Shown here piece after piece: positions 11,913 to 26,277 of a stretch of 64,000 nucleotides of DNA. This DNA is from Nageia nagi. Its lineage: Eukaryota > Plantae > Pinophyta. The DNA is taken from NCBI GenBank assembly GCA_050084985.1, contig JBITNC010000001.1:14880001-14944000 (forward strand). Reading direction: 5' to 3'. How positions within the stretch are numbered: position 1 is the stretch's first letter; the number at the start of each line of letters is the position of its first letter. A program made the translations under genes and the position numbers. Below the pieces are notes generated by a model. That model did not search any database and was not told where the DNA came from. It was given only the letters and a program-made list of their open reading frames with translations.

Positions 11913-14900
11913 CTAGCATTTTAAGTTCATTTTAGTTTTGCAAGTTTTTTTTTTCACCCTTACCTTTTGGTAAACCCTAGTCTAATCTAGATAGGAATCA
12001 ACCTTCTCTCGAGATTGAATTTTAGTTGAAAGGTCATTCATTAGAATTATAGTTATGGCTTAGATACTTAGGTGCATATTTAAAATTACCACATCTTAGT
12101 CAATAACATGACACTCAATCAAGGCTTAATGATATCTATTAACTCATTAACTTATCTAAAGACTTTTTAAGAAGGTAGAGGCTCCACACTATGATAAGCT
12201 ACACTTGACTCACATCATGCTTAGGAAAAGGGTTGTTGAAAACTTATAAGCATTGATTAGGTGGTGTGATTGGTGCTCCTATTAACACTACTCCATCATC
12301 AATAAGATCTTCGACTAGATGTTTCAATCACATGCACCCATTGGTGTTGTGTCCCTTTTACCTATGATATTCGCAAAAATCATTCTCCTTATACCAAGGA
12401 TGAGTAGAAGCATATGGATTCTCTTTGACTTCAAGTAATATTATCATACCCACTTGTATCAACTTATGTAGGAAATTCAATAAATTTTCTCCTAAAGGAG
12501 TGAACTATCACTTTTGTTGTTACACTTGATTATTGATTTGATCTTGTTCATGTAGAACTGGTTGTTGAGGAGCTCTTTTTTGTTGAACTGATATGATAGG
12601 TTTCATTTTATTAACATCATAAGATACATGATGGTTGTGTGATTTTTGATAAGCTTGCTTGTTGTTTCCACTATTATTATGTTTTTGTTCATTATTGTTG
12701 TTCTTCTTTCTCAACTTCATGTCACTTGATTAGACCTTAACCTCTTCAATCAACTTTTCTTATCCTAAGGCACCCTTGAAAGACTACTATTATTGAATTT
12801 GCAATATAGAAGATGTATCTTTGTTGAAACTCCTACTAAACATTTTGATAAGCTCCTCTTGAGGTAGAGATTATGGAAAATATGTTATAATTTCTCTCTA
12901 TCTTGACACATAATCATTAATTGATTCATCATCATATTGTGATATTCTTACTAAGCCTGTGATAGATGATATTTTCCTTATTTTTATTGCAAAATGGTCC
13001 AATAATTGATTAGAAAGTTATGGAGAAGAATAAATACCATGCTAGGGTAAGTTGTTGTACCATTCCAAAGCTTATCCCACTAATGTTATTTGAAATATTC
13101 TCAACATAACATAATCATAATTTGATATGATATAATAAGCATATTTAAACTATCTTAAGTGTTCTTTTGGATCTTATTTACCTTTGAATTTCTCTATGTT
13201 GGGGACCTCAAACTTGTAAGGAAATTTCTTGATGAGAACCAAGGGGTTGATAGGTTCATTGGTGATAAATTGATATGACATATTATTCTTATTTTATCTA
13301 TTGATCTTAAGCTCTATTTATTGCAACCTCTTTAGAATGTTATCATGAATTGTTGCAAGTTTTTGATAACTTTGTTGCATGCTTTATGTTTGATATGTTC
13401 ATCAATAACTTTGTTAGATACTTTATCCCAAAGGTTGGTTTGATTTTTTATTGGAAGAATAACTATTTTACACCATGAAAGGTTAATTATGTTGGTGAAT
13501 TGTGTGATTGATATTTCCTTGAGGTTGATAGTAAGGATGACTCAAAACATGATAAAAAGGAGAGGCATGACTCACATGTTGAAAAGCTTAATTCAACATA
13601 CCTTGATGATCCACTTGATATAAGTTATTTTACATTTAATTTTGATCATGTTGGTTTGATTGATAAGAAAGGTTAGGTTTTCCAACATGAGTAACTTGAT
13701 TAGATTTAATTTGGTTATGATTAGTTATCCTCTAAGGCTTAAGATTTGGATAATCCCTAGGCCTTATGACACAAGTTATTTAGGTGTGATTAAAGGATTA
13801 GATGGTACAACAAGAGAACTTGAAGGTATAACTTTTTGTAATTGAGATATATTTTGATCAAAGAATCTTGTTGAAGGCATTCTTGTAGCTAGGGGTTGAA
13901 TTAAAGGTAATTATTGCTCTTGATTCGAAAGAAAAGGCATGATTGAAACAATTGTGGCTGATGAGATAAAGTATTTATAAATATCAATTATATTTTGAAA
14001 AGGCAATATTCTATTCCTCAATTTTCTTATGGTGTTCAAGGGAGAATCCTCTTGTTCATTATATTATATATCATAAGAAGGATTTTGATGATGAATCTCA
14101 TTTTTCAAATGAGAATATTGAGATAAACTTGATGGTAATTATAGCTCTTGATGATAATAAGCTAAATCCAATGTAGCTATGATTGGATGTGATGAGGTAT
14201 GAGGATTTTCAAATCAAAATAGGTTCATCACAATCAAGAGGGATCTCAATAATTTTTGGCTTAGGTGAAGATGATACATGTTAATTAGCCTTAAATTTCT
14301 CAAAATGATTTTGGAATCTAGGATCACTCATAAAAATATTTTGCAAATTGATGACATCTTGATGGGATTGACTAGGTCCTTCAAACAAAGGACTGATGGT
14401 CATGCTAGAAACTCAATGTTCCTAGGTGAAGGTTGGGACTGACAACTTTGATATATTTCACCCATTAATTATTTAGTGTTAGCTTAAGATCTTGTTTCAA
14501 CTAAATTAATATTAATATTATCCATTATTCAAAGAAAATAAGATATTCCAATGGTGCCTAAAATCTTTTTATGGTCTTTATTTAATAGATGCAGGACTAA
14601 GACAATCAACCTATATTATATTTTAAAGATAGCAATCCTATATGATAAATCTCGATAATAAAAAAGATACCAATGTTGATTAATCTTGATTTAGTATCTT
14701 CTTTGTTCAATTTGTATATAATATTTTTAATATTGATTAATTTTAAATTATTATTTGCCTCTTGATTTAGTTTCCCCTAAGTGAATCTATTCAATTGTTT
14801 ATGGGTGAAGGATTGATCTCTAAGGGGGTGGAATTTTTAAGGCTAAAATACTTTTGTACCCCACCTTGGCAATGACCTCCAAGTGTGGGTGAGGCCATGA

Positions 14901-16500
14901 TGATGAAATCCATGTTCCCCTCAAAGAGACCTAGGCTCAATGTCATTAAATGAAAATGTTGAAAAGATAAAACAATGTGCAATTTAATGGATGCAAATTT
15001 TAACCTTTTCAAAAATATGCAACACTCCTACCGAAAATAATTTTTTTCTCTAATTCAAGTACAAATAAAAAAATAAAAGGCTTTCTTTTCTTTTTAATTT
15101 TTCAAAAGAAAAACTCTAAAACATAAAGAATAAATATAAATTTATGTTAAAGCATGAAAAAAGTAAAATACTAACTTGAGGGGCTTCCACTCCAAGCTCC
15201 CATCACATAAAATACCTATTTTTATGCTTTGATCATGATCGATTTGTTGAAGATCAATTAGAAGTACCAACTAGTCAATCAATCAAATAATCATCTAGTC
15301 AGTCATAATGATACCTAGAGATATGCTAAAAATGCTAAAGACTTCATAAAAAACCTATGAAAAGGGTATCCTAGGTATAAACAAATAGGAAGTGGAATAC
15401 CTACCACATACTACAAACTTTGTTCTTTTATTATGAAAATAAAACATTGATATAATCTAACAAAATGACCTTAAAAATTATTTTAACTAGAAAACAAGGT
15501 TGATCGACCTATAGAGGCCTAGCCTACAATGATCACTTGGTATGCATAATATTGACTGGGATGGATTCGATCTATTGTATATTGGTTTGCACTGAATAGA
15601 CCTCAAAGGACCAATTTGCAGGTGCTAACTGATCTGATCATAACTAGTTCATTATGTATGATATTTGATGATCATACAATTTCCTATCTGAACTTTTGAT
15701 GATGTGATATTTGACCCTACAAAAAGATAAAAAAATAGATCAGGATCTAAAATTCTTAAAATGAACATAAGAAAGGGCATAACAAAATTTGAAAACAACA
15801 AAACAAAGGATTATGGTTTTAGAATTCTTATCCAAAATTTCATTGCTCTCATGATGTCATAGATGGTATCATCATGATTACCATTTTGTAGTGCCCCCAA
15901 ATCCACCTAAGTTCACCTATAACTAAGAAAACCTAAAGGACACTACCAAGTGTTCAAGGAGTTTATCTATTTCAGTGATCTCTATTCTTGTGATGGTCTA
16001 AAAAACCTATAAAATAAAATGTGTTAGAGGGAGTTTCAATCCCCAATTCCATAGGACCTTAGAGATGGGTTAGTGAGATATAACTCCAAATAAATAATCA
16101 TGTAAACCCCCTAATCCCAAATCAATGGGATAACATAAAAGATCTCCATTCCTAGAATGATATGCATGTTATTCTAGATGCCAATCAACCTTGCTTTTTA
16201 GTGATTTTGCTTTAAATAGGTAAAATAATGCATGAAAAACCTTAGGATGTGATTATCCTAATATGAAGCTACATGTACACACATGCAAATAAAAAATCAA
16301 ATGCATGCTAATGCTAATGGTATTAATCTATCTTCATAGCTCCATTTCTCCTCCCAATGATTGAATACCTAAATAAAACTATGCAATCCACACCATCCTT
16401 GTAACAAACCCTTAAAAGGTTGATAAAACTCTCATGGTGATTAAGTTCTCCAAAACCTTAACAAATATCTAATTGGGTGTTAGGATGCATGGATCTTGTC
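11913..16500 (-). mobile_element. Older Tat/Ogre element, 5' part (5' LTR end, PBS, 5' UTR, decayed gag), interrupted on the left by the + strand Ogre
   Basis: Minus-strand gag ~14510-12000: VETRS start, PNIEKFKGK.DPKEHL, ALEWYNNLP, WYKENDFCEYHR.KGHNTNGC..LK knuckle. LTR end GGCACTACA at 15887. Right boundary is uncertain. Confidence 0.8.
15870..15883 (-). other. Primer-binding site, tRNA-Arg type, CpG-decayed
   Basis: TGGTAATCATGATG lies 3 nt after the LTR end and can be derived from TGGCGACCACGACG by C>T/G>A changes. Confidence 0.6.
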
Positions 16501-17142
16501 ATTAAGATGGATGAGTGGATAGGTAGGGTTCAACTCTCCATATTATTTGTATGGATGTGTCAGCTCATAGAGGGAAAATGCAACTGATGAGATAACTCAA
16601 ATTATTTGAAATTATACTTTATTTGTGATCTTTTTTCTTATCGGTATGTTGGTTAGGGTTAGCAACCTTAATCTATATGTCAACTTATCGTTGTTTCTAT
16701 TTTTAGCTTATTTTGGTAAACTTTTACCAAAAATCTATATTTAGCTTATTTTGTCAACTTTTCTTGATTCATATGATTATAATCTATTGTGTTTAGAATA
16801 TTATTGGATATGATTTATAGTTATTTTCATATGGATTGTTAATCTTAGTTTGGATTGTTATAAGTCTTGAGAGGATTTATCTCAACAATATGTATCTATT
16901 CTAGTTCTCACAAAGAACTATATAACAATGTATCCATTTCGATTTTAATAAGTAGAATGAGTAAGATATAGAGCTATGTAGGTTGTAAAATGTTTGAACC
17001 CTATTACAAACCTAATATTTCAAATAAAGGATTCTTTAACAATATTCAATAATATTCTCATAAAATTATTAAAACCACCTTAATTGTACAAAACCACTCA
17101 ATAATATGAAACCAATTTATAATAAATAACTATAATATAATA

Positions 17143-18408
17143 TGTGATGATCCTAATTTAAAAATTGGCCACAAACTAGTAATACAAGATCATCAAGACC
17201 CAACATCAAGTCTAGGGCATCCATAATACACAATCAAACCCTCATGCATGCAACGTTAGTGTTAGGGAATTCACATTCAACATTCAAATACCCAAAATGC
17301 CAACATTATGCATATACAAGCATACATTAATGAATATAATGTTAGATTGCCAATGTCTAGCTCATGCATGCATAATCCAAACCCTATTTCATTAATGTGC
17401 CATTGAATGATGAATACAAGTACATATAAATAATAAGATCCAATGCATGCACAAGTATGAAATGCATAACACAATAATGAGATACAACTACTCTCTGGCT
17501 ATACGAATGATAAATAATGATAGGAAATATAATACCAATACCCAATGGGCATTCATTGGTCTCAAGGGAGCCAAATAGGGCATAATGCTTTTAAACCTTT
17601 AACATTGAACAACTTCCAAACCATGGGATAGACGTACTCCCTTAGATCCCAAATCCTCTCCACTGAAGGAGCCCTCCTTGAAACTTGGTGAAACACTAAA
17701 GGTAGAAGTAAATCCTTGGAATACCATCGGATGGGCAAGGTACTCCACTTATGTCATAGATAATCAAGATCATGTTGGTTGACTACCCTCTAGATACTTT
17801 GCTTAGGAATGGAATACTTAGAGCCACTACGACTTATGCCTGAAGGTCTGTAGTAAGTGTAATAATAATTAATGGATATCCAATACTAAAGCTTCAATGT
17901 CTATTTATACATTACTTGTATCTAAAACTCACCAAGGATTCATCCTAGGCCCATCTAATCCAACGTTGGGTATTTGGGTGGTTGAATCACTTAAATTTCC
18001 AAGGTGGGGATCATGATCATATAATATACCAATGTGGAGGTCATGACCATATAAAGTGCCAACATGTGGTCCCTAGCACTTAAAGTGCCAACATGGGGAT
18101 CCTAGAATCCTCAAGAGCCAATGTGGGGGTATGGGTCCCTCCCTAGTGTAATGCTAGTATGTTGGTAGTTGTCTAATTCACTAATGCATAAACATAACTT
18201 GAGATTCCCACAATCTGAGATCTCTAATGCAATACATGCCTAATCTACTACTCAAGAGGGATACATCCCACTTGGGGCTCATAGTGGGGTCTAAATGACC
18301 CATTAAACTCCTATCCTAAGTTACAACAATGCAAATGCAAATACATCAAACAAATATAGTATAAGATGACCAAACTGGTCCTACTAAAAGTGCAAGGAGG
18401 ACATCACA
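17143..18408 (-). mobile_element. Solo LTR (1266 bp), same family as the LTRs at 48732/53097
   Basis: TG...CA ends with 5-bp TSD TAATA on both sides; the empty site is visible in the sister LTR at ~20560. The reverse complement matches the LTR at 48732. Confidence 0.92.
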
Positions 18409-18769
18409 TAATACTAGCTAAAATAATCGCCTTTCCCACTTCGAGGGGGGCACCTCCTAGAGAATGAATTCTCTCCTTAAAAGCTTATTTTATTCCTTGG
18501 ATGAATTATAGTAGGGAAGGCTCTCATATCAATATTCTTTTATGACCCTTCACCTTCCAATTCTAATACATATGGGATCAATACAAATACAATATTAATA
18601 ACATGTTATGGTATCATAAAATTTCCATTTCCTTAAATATGCTTTATCCTCAAAGCTTGTACAAAGTACAATCCATCCATGAATAATAAAGAGAGTATAG
18701 AACCAAGTAATCCAACTCGAACAAAGTAGCCAACAACTCACCAAAGATGAATAAGTTCCCATATGTGTA

Positions 18770-19561
18770 TCACGATCGCGCCAAAGTAATGTTGCTGCTA
18801 AGGAGTGGAAAATAAAAAGAATGATCTTGAAGAGTCAAAAAAGAATCCACCATGTTTTTGTGATACTCAAAATTCTTGACATGAGTGCTCCATGAAATTT
18901 TGTTGCTCCACCATGTCCATACTAATATATCCTCACACTCTACAACATACTCCACTAAACTTGAAGAGACTACATCCACATCATCTACACTAATACAAGT
19001 AATAGGAAGGACTTCACACTCTACAACATGCTCCTCTAAACTCAAATAAATTGGTTGCACATCCTTTATATTGATACAAATGAGAGGAATATCCTTACAC
19101 TCTACAACATGCTCCTCTACACCCAAAGAAACTGTGTCCTCAAGAACAAACTCACAAAGGTCTTGAACAAGAAGAGTACGTTTCTCATTAAAAGTGGTAA
19201 ATTAATCACCACTAGTACATAGGTCATTAAAATTCATATTTAGTTCATCAAAATGCATATGCATATCATTAAATAACTCATAATGCTTAAGTCTCTCCTT
19301 TTCAATTGCTCCACAAAATGGAAGTTTATTATTCTCAAGCATTGCTAGTTTATCCTCTTCAATATTTGCCATTGAATATCCTACATTTATGGTTTTTGGA
19401 TTTAACAACATTGCATTCCCTTTATTTTTTTTACTTGGTCCATTAATGAAGTAATCAATAGATGTATCCTCATCCAATTCATATTTGGCACAAAAATCTT
19501 CAAATTCATCCTTATATTGTTTCAATGTATGTGTATGTAAAGGTGGAACAAGAGTATCCAT
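18770..19561 (-). pseudogene. Gag-like ORF with three 27-aa (81-bp) EHVVEC repeats and one in-frame stop
   Basis: ORFs 19202-19561 and 18770-19126 are in the same frame. DYFING.....AMLLNPKTI..Y..A..EE resembles the chromoviral Gag FISGL..NPKTL segment. Confidence 0.55.
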
Positions 19562-21120
19562 TTTTAGAAATTAAAATAGATATCAAAATTATTTCAATAA
19601 TTATAAAACAATTTATTGTAAATATTTACCATTAATAACCATCCAAATCTAAAATTTCCTCCAAAATTGATATCATATGCAAAAAATATGAAGACTTCAC
19701 CTTTTTCCCCTTTTTACCAAAATTGCAATCACCAATTTTATCATAAATCATCCAAATCTTCTTGAAACAAATTCACTAACCAATCCTAGTACAAATATAT
19801 GAAAACACACAAAATTATAGAACCAAATTCAAATGAATGAGAGAGATGTGATCGTTTTACTCTTACCCCTTCTAGATCTTAGAGTGTTTATAAGGAGACC
19901 CAATGTTTTTCACACAAAATGGATAAAATAGCTCCAAAATTTTTGAAATTTAAATTTTGTACTCATAAAACAATGATATACAAATAATTTAGGTTTTAGA
20001 ATAAAAATTCAAATATGTAAAAGATACAATCAATTATTTTTTCCCCTTTTTTTATAATTCTAGATCAAGGGTTTTTTAGAGGAACTACCAATCTTATCAT
20101 AAGTTAACAATATTTATCCAAATAACCTGAAATTTTGATTGAAATAGGATATTATCTTTTAAAACATTCTCACAAAATTTCATAATAAAAAAACCTTTTC
20201 TTCAACCATATACAAACATTTTATTGCAAAAATTAAAATGCTTGTAAAATTTGCAAATGAGATCCAAAATACTTGAAATTTTTGAGCCTTCTTGACTTGA
20301 TTCTCTACAAACTCTCAAAAATTAATATAAAATACCTTTATATACAATATATATGAATGATTCACTTGAACTAGCCAAAAACCCTTCAACTTCTCCAAAT
20401 CCACCCATCAGTGCTAAGATCATGCTTTAATACCACTTGTTAGGAACTTGATATTTTAAATAAAGTATTTGTCAACAATATTCTCATAAAATTATTAAAA
20501 CCATATTAATTGCACAAAACTACTTGATAATATATAATCATTATATAATAAATAACTATAATATAATACTGGCTAAAAGAATTGCCTTTCCCACTTCAAG
20601 AGGGGCACCTCCTAGAGAATAAATTCTTTCCTCAAACTCTTATTTTATTTCTTGTATGAATTACAATAGGGAATTATATGATATAAATAGCATTTTTTGA
20701 CCCTTCACCTTCCAATTCTAATACATATAGTATAATACAAATAACATTAATAACATGTTATTGGGTCATAACATTGTCACCCCCTTAAACAAGCTTTTTC
20801 TTAAAAGCTTATACAAAATACAAAGTGCAATCCCATCCATGAATAATAAAGAGAGAATCGAACCAAGGAATCCAACTTGACCAAAGTAGAGAGCATATGT
20901 GATTAGTATAATATTCTTTTAGAATATATGCAAAGTTCATTATTTATGTTATGTATTGATAATTAATAGACAGTGTATTTTCTACAACAATCTCAACTAG
21001 TTTATTTCTCCATGATGATGTATTGATTCTTGCTCAAATTCTACTTCATTGAGTTAGTGTGGATGTTTGGTTAGTTCCAAACTTAAGATCTTGGATGAAA
21101 TGGTGAAAAGTTCAGCTCTT

Positions 21121-21123
<3 letters not shown>

Positions 21124-21187
<64 letters not shown>

Positions 21188-21198
21188 TATATATATTA
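21124..21198. repeat. Interrupted (TA)n microsatellite
   Basis: Direct reading. Confidence 0.95.
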
Positions 21199-23356
21199 TG
21201 TTTATGTTTATGCTTCAGACTTATAAGAGTTCATTAATCTTACAAAGGTTATTGTAACATTGTTTGAGTTGAACCTTAAGAGTTATTTATGTAGTAAATA
21301 TATTAATATTATACACTTGGTAACTATGGTTAAATATGAGGATCTATTTTAAAGATGAATAATGAATTGAAAAATTATATTTTTTCCATTTACAAAATGA
21401 AATGTTGCAATTTTTTTTGTAGAAATCTATGTATCTCTAAATCAAATTCTTAGACCATATTGTAATACCCATTTTTGATTCAATCATTTTGGTATAAAGG
21501 GTTATGTGTTGTTAGGTCAAAATATTTATTCCATGTAGTTTAGGTTACATTTAATCCATTTATTTTATAAAACCCACCATTTTTGAAAATCCTCTTTTTG
21601 CAAGCTGAAAATAATAGCTTTCAAAATAAGTAAAAACTTTAGAGGTCAATATCTCCTAAACCATAAAGAATTAGTGAAAAACTAAGAGTAAATGGTTGTT
21701 ACCTTTTTAAACCTAGCTCATTGCAACCATATTTTCAAGATGATCATTTTAATATATAGCACCCATACACTTTTTTAATTTCCAAAAATAATAGTTTCAA
21801 AAAATAGCAGGTTTAAGCCTAATCCATTTTGATATTATTTCAAGTAGCTAAATTCCATCAAGTGGTTAAAGGAAGAAGAGCTCAAGATTTAGAAAAATAG
21901 CCCATGATATTTAACAGGGTCAATGATATGCTAACTCAAGTCAACCTCAAAAGTGCCTTTAACAATGTGGAGACAAGAATAGCAGGGTTAGATGCCAAAT
22001 ATAAAATCATAAAAAAGAACTTTAAACTAGTTGAATAAGTGATACAATCAAATGTAGGAACATAGTCTCCACATATTAGGTTCATGTTGTCATCACTCTA
22101 TAATAAAAACACAACAAATGCACCATGGTCCTCAATAAGCATCCATTATTCCAAAAATAACTAAGTTACATTTTCCAAAATTTGATGGCAATAAATCAAC
22201 CAATTGGATTTAAAGAATGAAATAATATTTCTTATTGAACCAAATTATTGAGATATATAAATTCAATATTGCATCATTCCATCTTGATCACAAATCCATC
22301 CAATGGTACTATTGGTTTGAAAATACATATGGCACTCCTACTTGGGGAGAATTCATAAAAATTTATTAATTATATCTATACCAAGTGATTTTGAATATTT
22401 TACAGGAGCTCTAACCAATTATGCCAAACTACATCACTAAAGGAATATTTAAATTTGTTTGAGAAACTTGGAAATTGCACAAAAGAGTTAGATGATTTCT
22501 TTTTCAAGAGTTACTTCATTAGTGGTTTGAAGGAAGAAATAAGAGTGAAAGTGAAAATGTTAAATCCCAACACCATGATGGAATTCATCTACATTAGTTA
22601 AGATAAGTTCAATGCCTAGTGTTGAAAGGGGAAGCAACCATTTAGAAAATCATAAATTTCTTAACTTACTCCAAAATTCCAATTGACCCTTGCAATTTAA
22701 GAAACTCATTCTAAAGGAAATGAAGGATTGAAGAGAGAAGGATTGTGATAAAAATATAGACCAAACCATAGATGCACAATACAAAAATTGTATTTATTGA
22801 ATACATATGTTCATGGTGATTTAGTAAAGGAGGATAAGGTATAAGTGGATGAAGTGGCAGATGAATTCATAATCAAAATGGAGATACTCTAAAACTTCCT
22901 TTCAACTCCATTTTAAGATTTTCTTCTCCACAAACTATGAATGTTAAGGATAATTCAAGTGATAATCTAATTGTGCTTATTGATTTAGGAAGTACATATA
23001 ATTTCATTTATTTGAGAGTGGAAAGATAGGCCAATTACTATATACAATCTCAAAATAACTTTGAATAGATAATTGGTAATGGAGGAAAGATTACATATAA
23101 AGGAAAATATCATAATGTTAAATTAACCATGGGTGATTATATTTTGAAGAGTGACATGTATGTACTCCCATGAGGAGGGTACAATGTGATCTTTAGAGCT
23201 CAATTATTACATATATTGGGATCTATATTATGATATTTTTCTTAATTATGGATGAAGTTCATGTTTGAAGGATTAAAATACATCCTCAAGGGCCTACACT
23301 CAAACCGTTCATAGATGATAAGTTCCCACCATATGGAGAAGCTTCTTAAAAAAAAA

Positions 23357-23383
23357 GGGGGGGGGGGGGGGGGGGGGGGGGGG
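23357..23383 (+). repeat. G27 homopolymer preceded by A9
   Basis: Direct reading; lies in the PR-RT linker (MEKLLKK-GGG...). Confidence 0.95.
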
Positions 23384-25533
23384 TTGTATAATTATTTTTA
23401 TTCTAGCAAACCAAGGAGGGAAAGGTGAATTGAAAGAAATAAAATAACTTTGGCACACCATGAAGGATTTTTTGAAGAAGCAAAAGGGCTACCCCCAAAT
23501 CACCCTTAAGATTATGCTATACAACTTTTCCCTATAAGTCAACCACTAAACATTCATTCCTATCATTATCCTTATTTGTAAAAGAATGAAATTGAGAAAA
23601 TGGTACACAAAATATTGGACAAAAGAATTATTTGAGCAAGTGTAGGTCCTTACTCTTCCCCAGTCTTGTTGGTTTGAAAAAAGGAATGGTATACATGCAT
23701 CAACTTTAGAGTTCTTAATAAAATCACAATGAAGGATAAATTTCCCATTCCTATTATCAAATGAATTATACGAGGCTAAATACTTTTCAAAAGTAGATTT
23801 ATGATTAGAATAGCATCAAATTAGGCTCAGATAATCCCAAAATAGGATTCTACATACATGAATACCACTATGAATTTTTGGTAATGCCATTCAATCTCAC
23901 TAATGCTCCTTCCACTTTTTAGAGTCTAATAAATTAGGTATTTCATCCTTACCTTAGAAAATTTATTTTAGTTTTATTTAATGATATTTTAATATAAAGC
24001 AAGAATTGGGAGGATCATGTATTCCGCTTACATTAGACCTTACAAATTCTCCAAGACAACTAATTATATATCAAACATTCAAAATGTTCTTTTAGGCATA
24101 TTAAATTTCAGTATGTAAAGCATATTATTTTAGAAGAGATAATCAAGGTGAATTCTGACAAAATTGAATAAATAAAGGGTTAGTACCTTTCCAAATCACT
24201 AAAGGTTTGCTTATCAAACATTTATGAAGGATTATGATAAAATTATAACCCCATTAACATCCTTCATAAAAAAGAATGATTTTGTTTGGTCACCTATATT
24301 GAAGATGCTTCTAATAGATTGAATCAAGTTAGGTGCTTCACTCTAGTTTTGTCCATGCTTGATTTCTCTAAAACCTTTTTAATTGAGAGTGATGCTTGGT
24401 AAGTAGGAATCGATGCAATTTTGATGCAAAAAAGAAGATCCTTATCTTTCACTCGTAAAGCATTTTCAGGAAGGAATTTGGTAAAATCCATGTATCAAAA
24501 GAGATGCTTACATTCATGTTACTCAAAGGTTAGGATTGTATCTAATTAGTTGATATTTTATTATTCACGCATATCATCATAAAGTATTTTATGGAATAAC
24601 ACATTTCCACTCCTAAGAAATACAAGTGGATTACTAAACTATTGGGGTATTATTATGAGAGTATGTATTGGAAGGGGAGAGAAAATGTGGTAGTTTTTTC
24701 CCTTTATTGCAAATTTGAAGAACCAACAATATTGTAGAAAATATATTCATCAATCCCCTAATGGATAGATTACATAAAAAAGGAATAACTCAATGATAGT
24801 TCTACTCAAATATTTATTCAATGACTTTAAAATGATCCTTTTGAAAAATCCAATGTCATTTGAGAAATGGAGGACTTCGATTTAAGGGTCATATTGTACT
24901 ACTCTCCAAATCTTCATTGAGAATCTATTGAATTATTATGGTAAATCTATCATCATGGTTGTGGTGGATCGAATATCCAAATATGCATATTATAGTTCCT
25001 TATCTCACATATATAAGGTTATTCATGTGGCTAAACTCTTTATTGATAATGTTTTTAAGCTCCATGGTATTGCCTTTATTATAGTAAGTGATCAAGACCC
25101 TACTTTTACCACTCAATTTTGGCAATATTTCTTCAAGATTTGAGGAAATCAACTCAATATGAGTTTGGCATATCAACCCTAAAATGATGGACAAATAAAG
25201 ATTATTGATAAGTGCTTAGAGACTTATCTGTGTTATTTTTCTTCTACATAATCAGTTCATGAGCTAAATGGATTCCTTTAATAGAGTGATGGTTTAATAT
25301 TTTACATAATATTGGAATTAAAATGGCACTTTATGAATATTTTTATTTTTAAGAACCACCATATGGATTCTTATATTCTTAGCAACACCAATGTTCAAGC
25401 AATTAAATCTGAGTTAACCAATTGGGGGATATCTTATGCCTTCTTAAGGAGAATTTGCAAACAACTCAACATTGAATGAAATAATAGGCTTATCAATAAT
25501 GGGATAAAAATATTTTTAGGAATGTGACATGGT

Positions 25534-26277
25534 TGTAGACTCTAAATTGTGCAAAATACAAATATACACAATAAATAAAATGATCTAAATATAAGAAGAT
25601 ATAGATATGTACACTATATCACATACAACAAATATACATGAAAAGCATGCACCTGATATGAAGTGTATGTACAATCCTTAAAAGTAGATTGCAATAAATC
25701 TTCAAAGGATTAGGATCAGATTGGAGGAGAGCACTTCACATGTATGAATCAATAGCCTTTGCCACCAAAATTTGAAACCCTCGATCTAAAACATGCATGC
25801 CGTTGACGGTAATAGACAAGCATGCTACTAATGGCCTAAGAGAAGCACATCATTAAATGCATAGGATATATCGAATTATATCATGCAAAAAATATAAAAA
25901 GTCTCAGAGCTTAGAGTATAACAATTTCTCATAATAAGTGGCATCCAGAGATACCATTACAATCAACAACCACCTATCAGAGTTCTTATCATATCAAAGA
26001 ATTTCAATCTATGGAGATCAACCTATTCCACCTATTTATATAACCTGTAAAGACATAGAAAGGAGTGAAGGCTGACCTTTTGCAATAATATAATCATTTT
26101 ATATTCAAGATACTTTTAAAATAAGGCCCATGATATATGATATAGCATTTAATATAAACACATAGCATTGCATTATAATATCCTTTTATCTTGACATATA
26201 TAATATTGCATTAAATCATGTAAGAAGTCTAAATATGATTTATTAAATAAATAATAAATCATTTTTAGGAATTTACA
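25534..26277 (-). mobile_element. Solo LTR (744 bp) inserted in the integrase of the chromovirus
   Basis: TGTAGAC...TTTACA ends with exact TSD ATGGT; the integrase frame resumes at 26278 (MVFLQLQPY). A TATAAATAGG box on the minus strand gives the orientation. Confidence 0.9.

Larger units (their letters stand above)
17002..20895 (-). mobile_element. Short non-autonomous LTR element with a gag-like ORF only (TR-GAG/TRIM-like); LTRs ~460 bp at 20438-20895 and 17002-18735 (the latter interrupted by a solo LTR)
   Basis: The two LTR copies align (aacaatattctcataaaattattaaaacc...gcctttcccacttc..ggggcacctcctagag...aatccaact). Degenerate iMet PBS TGGTATTAAAGC at 20435-20424. Internal region is only 1.7 kb. 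No TSD seen. Confidence 0.75.

Noticed and set aside
16570-16640. Hammerhead-ribozyme-like CTGATGA...GAAA core
   Set aside because: Stem II is out of register with GAAA and stem I pairs poorly; chance or too decayed to support
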